This document shows positions 1-9,619 of a stretch of 19,630 nucleotides of DNA, one piece after another. Both the position numbers and the translations under genes were made by a program. The DNA comes from a candidate division TA06 bacterium (GTDB lineage: Bacteria > Ratteibacteria > UBA8468 > MWAK01). Position 1 is the stretch's first letter, and every line of letters begins with the position of its first letter. Under the pieces are notes generated by a model that had not been told where the DNA came from, ran no database searches, and saw only the letters and a list, made by a program, of their open reading frames with translations. The stretch lies in NCBI GenBank assembly GCA_022704925.1, contig JAKJFK010000009.1, forward strand, positions 1-19,630. The letters are read 5' to 3'.

Positions 1-1
1 G

Positions 2-1285
2 GCCCGGTTCGAGCCGGCGGCCCGGCCGCTCCTGGAGACCCGCCTTGATTTTGCCGGCCGCCGGCTCGAGCTCCGGGTCCTGGCCGGGCCCAAGGCCGCC
101 GTCGAGACCTGGTTTTTCGACGCCCCGGAACTCTTCGACCGCGACCATATCTACGGGCCGCCCGGGGCCGATTACCCGGACAGCCTGCTGCGTTTCGGTT
201 TCTTCTCCTTCGCGGTGCTCAAGGTCTTGCCGGAACTGGGTTTCCGGGCCGATGTTGCCCATGTTCACGACTGGCATACCGCCGCCCTGCCGGTTTATCT
301 CAGGGAGCTCCTGGCCGCCGATCCCTTCTACCGGGAGATGAAATCAGTCCTGACCATTCACAACCTCGGTTACCAGGGTGTTTTTTCCCATTCCAACTGG
401 CCGATGCTTGGCCTGCCGGACCACCTCTTCAACCTCAACGGTTTCGAGTTTTACAACCAGGTTAACCTGCTCAAGGCCGGCCTGCTCTGGGCCGACCGCC
501 TGACCACGGTGAGTCCCTCCTACAGCCGGGAGATCCAGACGCCGGAGTACGGTGAAAAACTCGACGGCCTCCTCCGGCAGCGAAGCAGCAGCCTGGTCGG
601 AATCCTGAATGGCATCGACTACCGGTACTGGGATCCCGCTTCGGACCGGATGCTGACCCAGGTTTACGACCCGGCCCAGCCGGACGGCAAGGCGGTCAAC
701 AAAGCCGATCTCGAGCGCCGGTTCGGCCTGGATCCGGGCCGCCCGCTGCTGGGCGTGGTCAGCCGCCTGGTCCCCCAGAAGGGCTTCGAGCTGGTGATGG
801 AGGCCCTCGGAGATATTCTCCGGCTTGGCTTCAACCTGGTCATCCTGGGCAGTGGCCTGGACAAGTACGAGGAGTTCTTCGGCCGGGCGGTTCAGAAATT
901 CCCGGGCCGCCTGGGCTTTCAGACCGGCTACCAGGAAGAACTGGCCCACCGGATTTATGCCGGCAGCGATTTCTTCCTGATGCCTTCCCTCTACGAACCC
1001 TGCGGCCTTGGCCAGATGATCGCCATGCGTTACGGTACCATCCCGGTGGTCCGGCGGACCGGGGGTCTGGCCGACTCGGTGGCCGAGTTCAAGTCCGGCC
1101 GGGGTACCGGGTTCCTCTTCGACCAGCCGGCGGCCCCGGAATTGCTGGCCGCGCTCGGCCGGGCGCACCGGGCCTTCGGCGACGCCCGGGCCTGGCGTAA
1201 ACTCCGGGCCAATGCCGTGGCCGCCGATTTTTCCTGGCAGCGTTCGGCCGCCGAGTACGCCGGCCTCTACCGCTCCATCTCCTGA
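2..1285 (+). CDS. glgA: Glycogen (starch) synthase, 5'-truncated by window edge
   Basis: The frame is open from window position 2. The translation contains classic GlgA motifs (IYGPPGADYPDSLLRFGFFSFAVLKVLPELGF, HVHDWHTA, KSVLTIHNLGYQGVF, SPSYSREIQTPEYGEKLDGLL, GILNGIDYRYWDP). Stop TGA at 1283-1285. The track ORF 215..1285 starts at an internal GTG, but the real gene begins upstream of the window. Confidence 0.9.
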   Translation, partial: ARFEPAARPLLETRLDFAGRRLELRVLAGPKAAVETWFFDAPELFDRDHIYGPPGADYPDSLLRFGFFSFAVLKVLPELGFRADVAHVHDWHTAALPVYLRELLAADPFYREMKSVLTIHNLGYQGVFSHSNWPMLGLPDHLFNLNGFEFYNQVNLLKAGLLWADRLTTVSPSYSREIQTPEYGEKLDGLLRQRSSSLVGILNGIDYRYWDPASDRMLTQVYDPAQPDGKAVNKADLERRFGLDPGRPLLGVVSRLVPQKGFELVMEALGDILRLGFNLVILGSGLDKYEEFFGRAVQKFPGRLGFQTGYQEELAHRIYAGSDFFLMPSLYEPCGLGQMIAMRYGTIPVVRRTGGLADSVAEFKSGRGTGFLFDQPAAPELLAALGRAHRAFGDARAWRKLRANAVAADFSWQRSAAEYAGLYRSIS

Positions 1286-1302
1286 CCCGGGCTTTTTGAG
1301 CG

Positions 1303-3333
1303 ATGGCTGAGCCTTTCAAGGTCGTCTTTCTTTGGCACTTTCACCAGCCCAGCTACCTGGATTTCGATTCCGGGCGGTACCGGATGCCCTGGGTGCGCCT
1401 GCACGCGGTCAAGGATTATTACGCCTTTGCCCGTCTCCTGGGGCGCCACCCGTCGGTGCGCGCCACTTTCAATGTTACCCCGGTGCTCCTGGAACAGGTC
1501 CTGGATATCGCCGGGCGCCGGCCGGACGACGATTTCAGCGAACTCACCCGCCGGCCGGCCGACCAGCTGGACGAGGCGGCGCGCCTTTATCTGGCGCGCA
1601 ATTTCTTCGCCCTGAACTGGGAGACGATGCTGTTCCCGTTCCCGCGCTACCGGCAGCTGCTGGAGAAGCGCGGCCGCGTCTCCGATACCGAGGTGCTGGA
1701 GCGCCGGGCCGGTGATTTTTCCATCGCCGAACTCCGCGACCTGCAGGTACTCTTCAACCTGGCCTGGGTCGATCCCGGACTGCGCCGGGAGGATGAGCTG
1801 CCCCGAGAGCTGGAGCGCAAGGGGCGGGATTTCACTGAGGCGGAGAAGCTCGGGCTGCTCGATTACCATTACCAGCTGGCCGGGCGCGTCATCCCCGAGT
1901 GGCGCCGGCTGCAGGATTCGGGCCAGGTCGAGTTTTCGGTCTCTCCCTACTACCACCCGATCCTGCCCCTGCTGCTGAAGGGGCCGCATCCGCTCCCGGA
2001 AGACGCCTCGCTCCAGCTGAAGGAGGCCCGGCTTCTCTTCCGCGCGGTCTTTGGACGGGACCCGGCCGGCTGCTGGCCTTCCGAGGGCGCGGTCAGCCCG
2101 GCCGCCCTCGACCGGCTCGCTGCCGCCGGTTTTCGCTGGGCGGCCTCCGACGAGGAGGTGTTGGGCCGGAGTCTGGGCCCGGCCTTCCGGCGCGAACTTA
2201 TTTACTGCAGCCACGAATACCGGGGTCCGTCCGGGTCCATCCGGATGCTATTCCGCGACCGGGATCTTTCCGACCGCATCGGTTTCGTCTACCGCTTCCA
2301 GGCGGCCGACCGGGCGGCGGCCGATTTCAGCGCCGGCCTGGAACGCGCCCGGTCAGCCGCCGGGCCCGGCGCCGCCGTGCCCGTAATCCTCGACGGCGAA
2401 AATGCCTGGGAGTATTACCCGGAGAATGGCCGGCCCTTTCTCGAAGCGCTCTATCGTTCGCTGGAGTCGAACCCGGCTTTCCCGACGGCCACCGTGAGTG
2501 ATTACCTGGACGCTTCGACGCCGGTACTGCTCGAGCGGATCCACTCCGGTTCCTGGATTAACGGGGATTTCCACATCTGGTCCGGCCACCCGGCGGCCGA
2601 CCGGGCCTGGCAGGCGTTGGCCGACGCCCGGTCGGGCGTCGACCTGGCCGCGGCCGGGCCGGAACTGCGGCGTTCCCTGCTGGCGGCCGAGGGGAGTGAC
2701 TGGTTCTGGTGGTATTCGCCCGAGCACTTTTCCGGCCGCGACGAGGAGTTTGACGCCGCCTTCCGCGGCCTGCTCCGGAATGCTTACCGCCTTGGCGGCC
2801 GGCCGGTCCCGGCCGACCTGGAACAGCCGATCAAGTGCGGCCAGGAAGAGGTGCATTTTCCCCGCAACCCGGTGACCGCGGTCCTGGACGGGCGGGAGAC
2901 CAGTTACTACGAGTGGCTGGGCGCCGGCCATTTTCTGCGACACCTGGCCGGCGGGGCCATGCACGGTCCGCCGGAGGCCGTCACCGAGTTCCTCTTCGGC
3001 TGGGACCGGGAGCATCTTTACCTGAGGATCGAGCCCGGTCCGCTGCTTCGGGAGGCCGAGCGCAGCTTTTTTAAACTTGATTTCGGTCCGGCCGGCTGCT
3101 GGCAATTTGAGGCCCGGCAGGGTAAAATAAATCCTGATTCCTGCCCATTTCCGGTGGCCCAGTCCGAACTGATCGAGATCGCCTTTCCCTGGAAGGAGCT
3201 GGACCGGCCGGCCGGTGCCGGGATTTCATTCTGCCTGGAGATTACCGCCGGCAGCCAGGTACTTGACCGTTACCCGCGCCAGGGCGGGCTCGAGCTCCGG
3301 GTGCCGGGTGAGGATTACGAAACGGTGTTTTGA
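1303..3333 (+). CDS. Glycoside hydrolase family 57 protein (alpha-amylase / 4-alpha-glucanotransferase-like glucan enzyme), 676 aa
   Basis: The N-terminus FLWHFHQPSY...YRMPWVRLHAVKDYY matches the GH57 signature regions. It lies 17 nt downstream of glgA on the same strand, a common glgA-GH57 pairing. The exact activity (branching enzyme, amylase or glucanotransferase) cannot be decided from sequence alone. Confidence 0.8.
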   Translation: MAEPFKVVFLWHFHQPSYLDFDSGRYRMPWVRLHAVKDYYAFARLLGRHPSVRATFNVTPVLLEQVLDIAGRRPDDDFSELTRRPADQLDEAARLYLARNFFALNWETMLFPFPRYRQLLEKRGRVSDTEVLERRAGDFSIAELRDLQVLFNLAWVDPGLRREDELPRELERKGRDFTEAEKLGLLDYHYQLAGRVIPEWRRLQDSGQVEFSVSPYYHPILPLLLKGPHPLPEDASLQLKEARLLFRAVFGRDPAGCWPSEGAVSPAALDRLAAAGFRWAASDEEVLGRSLGPAFRRELIYCSHEYRGPSGSIRMLFRDRDLSDRIGFVYRFQAADRAAADFSAGLERARSAAGPGAAVPVILDGENAWEYYPENGRPFLEALYRSLESNPAFPTATVSDYLDASTPVLLERIHSGSWINGDFHIWSGHPAADRAWQALADARSGVDLAAAGPELRRSLLAAEGSDWFWWYSPEHFSGRDEEFDAAFRGLLRNAYRLGGRPVPADLEQPIKCGQEEVHFPRNPVTAVLDGRETSYYEWLGAGHFLRHLAGGAMHGPPEAVTEFLFGWDREHLYLRIEPGPLLREAERSFFKLDFGPAGCWQFEARQGKINPDSCPFPVAQSELIEIAFPWKELDRPAGAGISFCLEITAGSQVLDRYPRQGGLELRVPGEDYETVF

Positions 3334-3392
3334 ATTTAAACCGGGCTCTTTTTTCCCCCTTTCCATTCCGTGTTAAAATCAGGAGGCCGCGT

Positions 3393-4886
3393 ATGAAGGG
3401 TACCAGGGTTGGCCTGGTTTTGATCAACGACGAGCGGGAGCATGTTTACCGTTCCAACGAGGCCGAATCGCTGAAGGTCGTGAGGGCCTGGGCTGATTTT
3501 ATCGGCCGGGAGGCCGTCAACCTGGACGGCAGCCGGGTGGAGACGGTTTGCGCCTCGGAGACGGTCAAAAGCGTGCGGACCGCCCAGAAACTGGGGGCCG
3601 AACTGGCGGCGGCCGGCTGCCAGCAGGTGATCTTCATCTACAACGTTTGGTGCTTCCCCTTTCTGGTCTGGCCCTTTCTGAACAGCTTCGGCCGAGACAA
3701 GCCGATCCTGAGCCTTTCCAACAACAGCGGCGAGTTCCCCGGCAATGTCGGGCTCCTGGCCACCGACGGCGCCCTGCGCCAGGCCGGTTTCCGGACCCAC
3801 CGTCTGGTGGGTGACCAGGCCGATCCGGCCACCCGGGCCGCAGTCCTGGCCTGGGTCCGCGCCAGCCAGGCGGTAACCACCATCCGCAACGAGGTTTTCG
3901 GGGCCTACGGCGGACCCTCGATGGGCATGGATACCGGCTACTTCCACCTGGTTCCGAATCTCAAGACGCTGGGGACCTCGGTCCAGTTCATCGACCAGCT
4001 CTGGCTGGTGGAGAAGATGAAGGAAGTGTCGGAAGCCGAGGTGGAGGCCGGTTTCGCCTGGTTCGGCAGGATGCTGGGCAACCGGATCCTTTACGATGGC
4101 AAAATGCTCACCCCGGAGACTCTCAAGACCCAGCTCCGGCTTTACCTGGCCATGGAGGCGGTCAACCGTGACAAGGGATTCGATTTTTGCGGCCTGAAGG
4201 GGCAGCGCGAACTGACCGAGTACGTCTGCCTGGGCGACATTCCCGAAATGCTCATGAACGACCCTTACGACTGGCGCGGTCCCAAGGAACCGATGGTCTG
4301 CGCCACCGAGGCCGACGCTTACGCGGCCCTGACCATGCAGCTGCTCAAGTACCTGAGCGGCGGGCGGCCGACCCTCTTCATGGATGTCCGGCTTTACCAT
4401 CCCGACCTCGACCTCTGGGACTTCTGCAACTCCGGCAACCACAGCACCTATTATGCCGCCCTTTCCACCGACCCGGCCGTGAATTACCGGAAGGTTACCT
4501 TCTTCCCGGCCCTCGAGTATTATTTCAAGGCCGGCGGCGCCTCGATGTTTTACGATGCGGCGCCGGGACGGTTGACCTTCGCCCGGCTCGGCCTCTGGGA
4601 CGACCGGCCCTTCCTGGTTATCGTGCCCGGTGAGAGCGTGGAGCTGCCGGCGGCTAACCGGAAGCGGCTGGACGATCAGACCAACCCCACCTGGCCCCAC
4701 GTCCACGCCCGCCTGGAATGCGGCTTCGAGGAGTTCAAGACGGTCTTCCCGGCCAACCACATCCTGGCCGTGGCCGGCGATCACGTGAGTGCACTGGTTT
4801 ACGCCGCCGAGATTCTCGGCATACCCCCGGTCCTGCTCGGTCCGGCCGCGGCCGGCCGGGTGCGGCCCATCTGGGAAAGGGTCTGA
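3393..4886 (+). CDS. Sugar isomerase-like protein, tentatively L-fucose/L-arabinose isomerase family (FucI/AraA-like), ~497 aa
   Basis: ATG at 3393 preceded by AGGAGG (3381-3386) with a 6-nt spacer. The track ORF's upstream residues (from 3330) precede the RBS and are not translated. The ORF is long and clean in the same operon as glgA/GH57. The family call is from overall resemblance as recalled and needs an HMM search. I am confident the CDS exists and only moderately confident of its function. Confidence 0.55.
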   Translation: MKGTRVGLVLINDEREHVYRSNEAESLKVVRAWADFIGREAVNLDGSRVETVCASETVKSVRTAQKLGAELAAAGCQQVIFIYNVWCFPFLVWPFLNSFGRDKPILSLSNNSGEFPGNVGLLATDGALRQAGFRTHRLVGDQADPATRAAVLAWVRASQAVTTIRNEVFGAYGGPSMGMDTGYFHLVPNLKTLGTSVQFIDQLWLVEKMKEVSEAEVEAGFAWFGRMLGNRILYDGKMLTPETLKTQLRLYLAMEAVNRDKGFDFCGLKGQRELTEYVCLGDIPEMLMNDPYDWRGPKEPMVCATEADAYAALTMQLLKYLSGGRPTLFMDVRLYHPDLDLWDFCNSGNHSTYYAALSTDPAVNYRKVTFFPALEYYFKAGGASMFYDAAPGRLTFARLGLWDDRPFLVIVPGESVELPAANRKRLDDQTNPTWPHVHARLECGFEEFKTVFPANHILAVAGDHVSALVYAAEILGIPPVLLGPAAAGRVRPIWERV

Positions 4887-6046
4887 TGGCCGTCGTCAAG
4901 CCGTTCCGCGGGACCTTTTACTCTCCCGGCCTGGATCCGTCCCGGGTGCTGGCGCCGCCTTACGACGTCATTTCTCCGGAGCAGCGGCGGGATCTGCTGG
5001 CCCGCGATTCACATAACGTCGTACGGCTGATACTGCCCGGGACAAACGAGGCGGCGGCGCGCGATTTCCGGGCCTGGCGCGCCGGCGGGATCTTCGTGAC
5101 CGATCCGGCCCCCGGTTTTTACTGGTGCCGTCAGGAGTACACCCTCGACGGACGGTCGGCCGTCAAGACCGGCCTGATTGGCATCCTCAAGACCGAGCCC
5201 CTCGGCCGGGGCTCGGTGCGCCCGCACGAGGAGACCATACCCCAGGTCAAGGAGGAGCAGTTCCGGCTCTTGGGTCTGGTCCGGGCCAACTTCTGCCCGA
5301 TCATAACCGTTTACCGCGATTCAAGGCGTTTCGTCGAGAAACTCGCCGCCGGTATCCAGCCGGCCCCGGCCGACTTCAGCTACCGCGATGACACCGGGAC
5401 GTTCTTCCAGCTCTGGCGACTGCCGGCCGATCCGCGGCTGGAGGCTTTCTTCCGCGGCCGCCGTCTCTACATCGCCGACGGCCACCATCGTTACCAGTGC
5501 AACCTTCGTTACGGCCGGGCCCAAAGGCGGCCGGCGGCGGCCTATATCCTGACCTGTTTTCTCAACGCGGCCGAGGTAGAATCGCAGGTCAACTCCTTTC
5601 ACCGTTACCTGGCCGCCGCCGGTCCGGATCTTCTCCGGCGCCTCGCCGGCCGCTTTCACCTTCAGCCGGCGGCCGGGGCGCCGGAGTTGCTGGCCGGCCT
5701 TAAGCCCGGCTGGCTCGGCTTCGGTTTCGCCGGCCGTTTTTACCGCTTCCGGATTCCCGCCCGGCCCGGTCCCGAGGTGGTCTACCTGCACAAAAAAATA
5801 CTGGCCGGCCTGCTGGACCGGAGTGATGAATCGGTTGCTTACGAGCCCGACGGGCTGGCGCTGGCCGCCGGCCTGGACAAGCCGGCCGGGGCGGCCTTCT
5901 TCCTGCCGCCGGTATCCATCGGGCGCCTCCACCGCATCTGGGAGGCGGGACGGATCCTGCCGCGCAAGAGCACTTACTTCTATCCCAAGGTCCCCAGCGG
6001 CCTGATCGTGTACCGCAACGACCTGGAGCACTTCAACCGAGGTTAG
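4886..6046 (+). CDS. DUF1015-family protein of unknown function, ~386 aa
   Basis: The N-terminus MAVVKPFRGTFYSPG...VLAPPYDVISPEQRR matches the conserved DUF1015 N-terminal signature (KPF..R......V.PPYDVI). ATG 4886-4888 overlaps the upstream TGA (4884-4886), indicating translational coupling. GGAAAGGG lies upstream. Confidence 0.7.
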   Translation: MAVVKPFRGTFYSPGLDPSRVLAPPYDVISPEQRRDLLARDSHNVVRLILPGTNEAAARDFRAWRAGGIFVTDPAPGFYWCRQEYTLDGRSAVKTGLIGILKTEPLGRGSVRPHEETIPQVKEEQFRLLGLVRANFCPIITVYRDSRRFVEKLAAGIQPAPADFSYRDDTGTFFQLWRLPADPRLEAFFRGRRLYIADGHHRYQCNLRYGRAQRRPAAAYILTCFLNAAEVESQVNSFHRYLAAAGPDLLRRLAGRFHLQPAAGAPELLAGLKPGWLGFGFAGRFYRFRIPARPGPEVVYLHKKILAGLLDRSDESVAYEPDGLALAAGLDKPAGAAFFLPPVSIGRLHRIWEAGRILPRKSTYFYPKVPSGLIVYRNDLEHFNRG

Positions 6047-6066
6047 TTTTGAAAGGACGATAACAG

Positions 6067-6645
6067 ATGATGACCCAGGAAACCGTTCAACGCCTCTTCG
6101 AGGAGACCGGGGCGCTTCTCTCCGGCCATTTTCTTCTCTCCTCCGGACTGCACAGCGATCGTTACCTCCAGGCGGCGCTGGTGTTGCAGGCTCCCGGACA
6201 TGCCCTGGCCTTTGGCCGGGAGCTGGCCGGCCGTTTCCGTTCCGAGCCGGTTACCGCGGTGGTCGGTCCGGCCCTGGGCGGCATCGTGATCGCTTTCGCC
6301 ACGGCGGCCGGTCTGCCCGGAACGCGGGCGCTCTTTACCGAGCGGGAGAACGGACGCTTTACCCTGCGCCGGGGCTTTTCGCTAGGCCCCGAAGACCGGG
6401 TGCTGGTGATCGAAGATATCATTACCACCGGTGGTTCCACCCGCGAGGTGATCGAACTGGTCGCCGCCAGCGGCGCCCGGGTGGTCGGGGTGGGTGCCAT
6501 CGCCGAGCGGGGGGCGGTGCCGGTTGATTTCGGCGTCCGCAAGGAGACGCTTCTGCGCCTGGTGATCGAGAGCCATCCTCCCGAAACCTGTCCGCTCTGC
6601 CGGCAGGGGCTGCCGCTGGTCAAACCGGGCAGCCGGACCCGTTGA
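6067..6645 (+). CDS. pyrE: Orotate phosphoribosyltransferase
   Basis: GHFLLSSGLHSDRYLQ plus the PRPP-binding motif VLVIEDIITTGGS, with a PRTase fold of about 190 aa. ATG ATG at 6067/6070. Confidence 0.75.
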   Translation: MMTQETVQRLFEETGALLSGHFLLSSGLHSDRYLQAALVLQAPGHALAFGRELAGRFRSEPVTAVVGPALGGIVIAFATAAGLPGTRALFTERENGRFTLRRGFSLGPEDRVLVIEDIITTGGSTREVIELVAASGARVVGVGAIAERGAVPVDFGVRKETLLRLVIESHPPETCPLCRQGLPLVKPGSRTR

Positions 6646-6653
6646 GTCGGTTC

Positions 6654-7868
6654 ATGCGGCGGATCGACACCGAAACCAGGGCCCTGCTGGCCATTTCGCT
6701 GGCCTTCTTCTTCGGTTTCGCCGGCAGCGGTTCCATCCAGTCCTACCTGAGCCCCTACCTGAAGGGAGTGCTGGGCGTCAGCCCGCTGCGCAGCGCCCTG
6801 GTGCTGACCCTTGTCTACATCACCATGGCCGCGGGTCGGGTCTTCAGCCCGGTGGCCATCGGCCGGATCGGCGTCGGACGCCTCCTCTTCCTGGGCGCCG
6901 TGAGTTTCGCTCTCTTTCCACTTGTTTTCGGGTTCTGGACCGCCTACCCGCTCTTCCTGGTGGCCGCCGTCCTCTGGGGGGCCGGGTCAAGCTTCTTCTG
7001 GACCGGCGGGATGGCCGAACTGCTCAACCACAGCCGCCCCGACCGCTACGCGGCCAACCAGGGGATCATGCGCCTGACCCAGCAGGTCGGGCAGGTGGGC
7101 GGTTTCTTCCTGCTCGGACAGCTGCTTGCCCTTCAGTCGGCCGCCGGGGTCCGGGCCGGTTTCCAGGTCCTCTTTCGGACCGCGGCGCTGATCAGCCTGA
7201 TGATGCCATTCACTCTCCTGCTGCTACCCAGGGCGGCCTCGGATTACCACCCGATTTCGCCTTTCGATATACTCAGGGCCGCCGTCTCCCGCCGCCGCTG
7301 GGTGGTCTCCCTGGCCCTCTTCGCCTCGGGCGTCTCCTACGGCATCCTGCTCAACCTGCTGAACCTCTTCGTTTCGGAGCGGTTCGGGGTCGCCTGGATG
7401 AACAAGACCCTGGTCTTCTTCTTCATCGCCGCCGGCCTCTTTTCATACCTGGGCGGCGCCTTCTCAGACCGTTTCGGCCGCCGGGAGGGATTCCTGCTGG
7501 CCTTCGCCTCCGGCGCCTTCGGCACCGCCCTGCTGGCCCTGGTGCCGACCCGGCCGGCCGCCGGACTGACCGCCCTCCTGCTGGGCGTGGTCTTCGGCGT
7601 GGTTCCGACCGTGGCCACCGGACTGGTCGGCGACCGGACCCGGCCCGGCGAGCGGGTGGCCGGCCTGGCCGGGGTCTTTCTCTGGCGCGATTTGGGCGCC
7701 ATGGTCTCCATCTTTTCCGGGGGCCTCCTGCTCCAGGGCGCGGTCTCCTACCGGGCCATCATGTGGGTTTTTTCAGCCATCTTCGTCCTGCTTTGCCTGC
7801 TCTTCGGCCGGGCCGATTTGACAGCCGGCGGGCGAATTAGTAAATTAGAAGAACCGGCCCGGGTTTAA
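6654..7868 (+). CDS. Polytopic membrane permease, probably a major facilitator superfamily transporter
   Basis: ~400 aa and almost entirely hydrophobic, with many predicted TM helices and short Arg-containing loops (GRVFSP, DRFGRREG) typical of MFS. Start ambiguous: ATG 6654 or TTG 6642 overlapping the pyrE stop. Confidence 0.6.
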   Translation: MRRIDTETRALLAISLAFFFGFAGSGSIQSYLSPYLKGVLGVSPLRSALVLTLVYITMAAGRVFSPVAIGRIGVGRLLFLGAVSFALFPLVFGFWTAYPLFLVAAVLWGAGSSFFWTGGMAELLNHSRPDRYAANQGIMRLTQQVGQVGGFFLLGQLLALQSAAGVRAGFQVLFRTAALISLMMPFTLLLLPRAASDYHPISPFDILRAAVSRRRWVVSLALFASGVSYGILLNLLNLFVSERFGVAWMNKTLVFFFIAAGLFSYLGGAFSDRFGRREGFLLAFASGAFGTALLALVPTRPAAGLTALLLGVVFGVVPTVATGLVGDRTRPGERVAGLAGVFLWRDLGAMVSIFSGGLLLQGAVSYRAIMWVFSAIFVLLCLLFGRADLTAGGRISKLEEPARV

Positions 7869-7925
7869 TGGCCGTGGAAAAGTCCTTTTTTCGCTGCGGA
7901 AACACCTGAAAGACAAGGAGGCGTA

Positions 7926-8687
7926 ATGGGCATGTGGATAACGCTGGGCGTGGTGATTTTGATCATTCTTTCCAATACCATCCGGGTGGTCCAGGAATAC
8001 GAGCGCGGCGTCATCTTCCGCCTCGGCCGCCTGGTCGGAGCCAAGGGTCCGGGTCTCTTCCTGCTGGTCCCCATCGTTGACCGCATGGTCAAGATCAGCC
8101 TGCGCACGGTGACCTTCGATGTCACCCCGCAGGAAGTGATCACCAAGGACAACGTTCCGGTCAAGGTGAACGCGGTGGTCTACTTCCGGGTGCTCGAGCC
8201 GTCCAAGGCGGTGGTCGAGGTCGAGAATTACCAGCTGGCGACCATGCAGATCGCCCAGACCACCCTGCGCGGCGTGCTCGGCCAGTCGGAACTGGACGAA
8301 CTTCTTTCCGACCGCGAGATAATCAACCGCCGGCTCCAGCAGATCATCGACGAGCAGACCGATCCCTGGGGCATCAAGGTGAGCATCGTGGAATTGAAGG
8401 AGGTTGAGCTGCCGGAGACGATGAAACGGGCCATGGCCCGCCAGGCCGAAAGCGAACGGGAACGCCGGGCCAAGATCATTACCGCCGAAGGCGAGTTCCA
8501 GGCCAGCGAAAAGATCCTGGCCGCCTCCCGGGTGCTGGAGGGGTCGCCGCTGGCCATCCAGCTGCGCTACCTGCAGACGGCCGCCGAAATCTCGACCGAG
8601 AAGAACTCCACGCTGGTCTTTCCGCTGCCGCTGGATATCATTTCATCCCTGATTAAGAAACCCGGCGAAACGGAAAAGAAGGGCTGA
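7926..8687 (+). CDS. SPFH/Band-7 (stomatin-like) membrane protein
   Basis: N-terminal TM helix, then [17 protein letters not shown]...[13 protein letters not shown]...[28 protein letters not shown], a canonical SPFH domain, and a coiled-coil ER-rich C-terminus. AAGGAGG at 7915-7921 upstream of ATG 7926. No NfeD partner gene is visible nearby. Confidence 0.85.
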   Translation: MGMWITLGVVILIILSNTIRVVQEYERGVIFRLGRLVGAKGPGLFLLVPIVDRMVKISLRTVTFDVTPQEVITKDNVPVKVNAVVYFRVLEPSKAVVEVENYQLATMQIAQTTLRGVLGQSELDELLSDREIINRRLQQIIDEQTDPWGIKVSIVELKEVELPETMKRAMARQAESERERRAKIITAEGEFQASEKILAASRVLEGSPLAIQLRYLQTAAEISTEKNSTLVFPLPLDIISSLIKKPGETEKKG

Positions 8688-8694
8688 ATTTTAA

Positions 8695-9576
8695 ATGTCC
8701 CTGTTTCGCAGGGTCGCGGTTTTCGGCGTCGGCCTGATCGGCGGTTCGGTTGGTTCGGGATTGAAAGAGCGCGGCCTGGTTGACGAGGTGGTCGGGGTCG
8801 GCCGTCGTTCCGAGTCCCTGGAAGCGGCCCGGGCCCGCGGGCTGATCGATTCCGTCAGCCTGGATCCGGCTGCGGCGTTTCGCGGGGCCGATCTGGTCCT
8901 GCTGGCCGCGCCGGTGGCGCCGGTGGTGGAACTGCTGGAGTCGGGCCTGGCCGCCGTCCCGGGCCGACTCCTGGTCACCGACGCTTGCAGCACCAAGGCG
9001 GCGGTGCTGGCCGCGGCCGGGAAGCTCGATCCGCGCCACTCCTTTGTCGGCGGCCATCCCATTGCCGGTTCCGAGCAGCGGGGTTCGGCGGCCGCCGATC
9101 CCGATCTTTTCCGCGATCGGGTCACCGTGCTCACGCCCACCCGGTCCACTTCCGCCGATTCGCTGGCCCGGGTCCGGGAATTGTGGGCCGCGCTCGGCAG
9201 CCGGGTGGTGGAGATGGACCCGCGGGTGCATGACCGGATCCTGGCCCTGACCAGCCACCTGCCGCACCTTCTTTCGGTCTTCGCCTGCCTGGCCGCCGCG
9301 CCGGCTCTCGAGGCCGCCGGCCGGGATTTCTTCGGCAGCGGTTTCCGGGACATCTCCCGGCTGGCCGCCGGATCGGACGAGGTCTGGCGGGATATCTTTC
9401 TGACCAACCGGGACAACCTGGTCCAGGACCTGGAAACGCTGGTCCGGCTGGTCTCCGAATGGCGTTCGGTTCTCGAGCGCGGCGATGCGGCCGCCATCAG
9501 CGCCGGCCTCAAGGAGGCCGCGCTGATCCGAAGCCGCCTTTTAAGGAAGGAGCGCGGGGGGGCTTCTGAATCTTAA
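8695..9576 (+). CDS. tyrA: Prephenate/arogenate dehydrogenase
   Basis: Rossmann N-terminus VAVFGVGLIGGSVG, GGHPIAGSE and HDRILALTSHLPHL motifs typical of TyrA. Stop TAA 9574-9576. Confidence 0.8.
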   Translation: MSLFRRVAVFGVGLIGGSVGSGLKERGLVDEVVGVGRRSESLEAARARGLIDSVSLDPAAAFRGADLVLLAAPVAPVVELLESGLAAVPGRLLVTDACSTKAAVLAAAGKLDPRHSFVGGHPIAGSEQRGSAAADPDLFRDRVTVLTPTRSTSADSLARVRELWAALGSRVVEMDPRVHDRILALTSHLPHLLSVFACLAAAPALEAAGRDFFGSGFRDISRLAAGSDEVWRDIFLTNRDNLVQDLETLVRLVSEWRSVLERGDAAAISAGLKEAALIRSRLLRKERGGASES

Positions 9577-9619
9577 CCTGGAATATTATCCGGGTCCGGC
9601 CGGGCCGCCGCGCGGCGCG

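Noticed and set aside
3334-3392. Possible intrinsic terminator after the GH57 gene (GC segment followed by CTTTTTTCC at 3349-3357).
   Set aside because: I could not find a convincing stem immediately upstream of the T-run, and the next gene has its own strong RBS 25 nt downstream. At most this is a weak attenuator.
3336-4784. 482-aa ORF antisense to the isomerase-like gene. Similar long antisense ORFs occur at 344..1168(-), 1267..2214(-), 2353..3105(-), 5321..6031(-), 8691..9512(-), 9509..10207(-), 10267..11232(+), 11640..12500(+), 16814..17821(+) and 17925..18950(+).
   Set aside because: These are shadow ORFs typical of ~65-70% GC DNA. Each lies opposite a gene with clear family motifs. Their translations are Arg/Pro/Gly/Ala-rich low-complexity strings with no recognisable domains, RBS or coupling.
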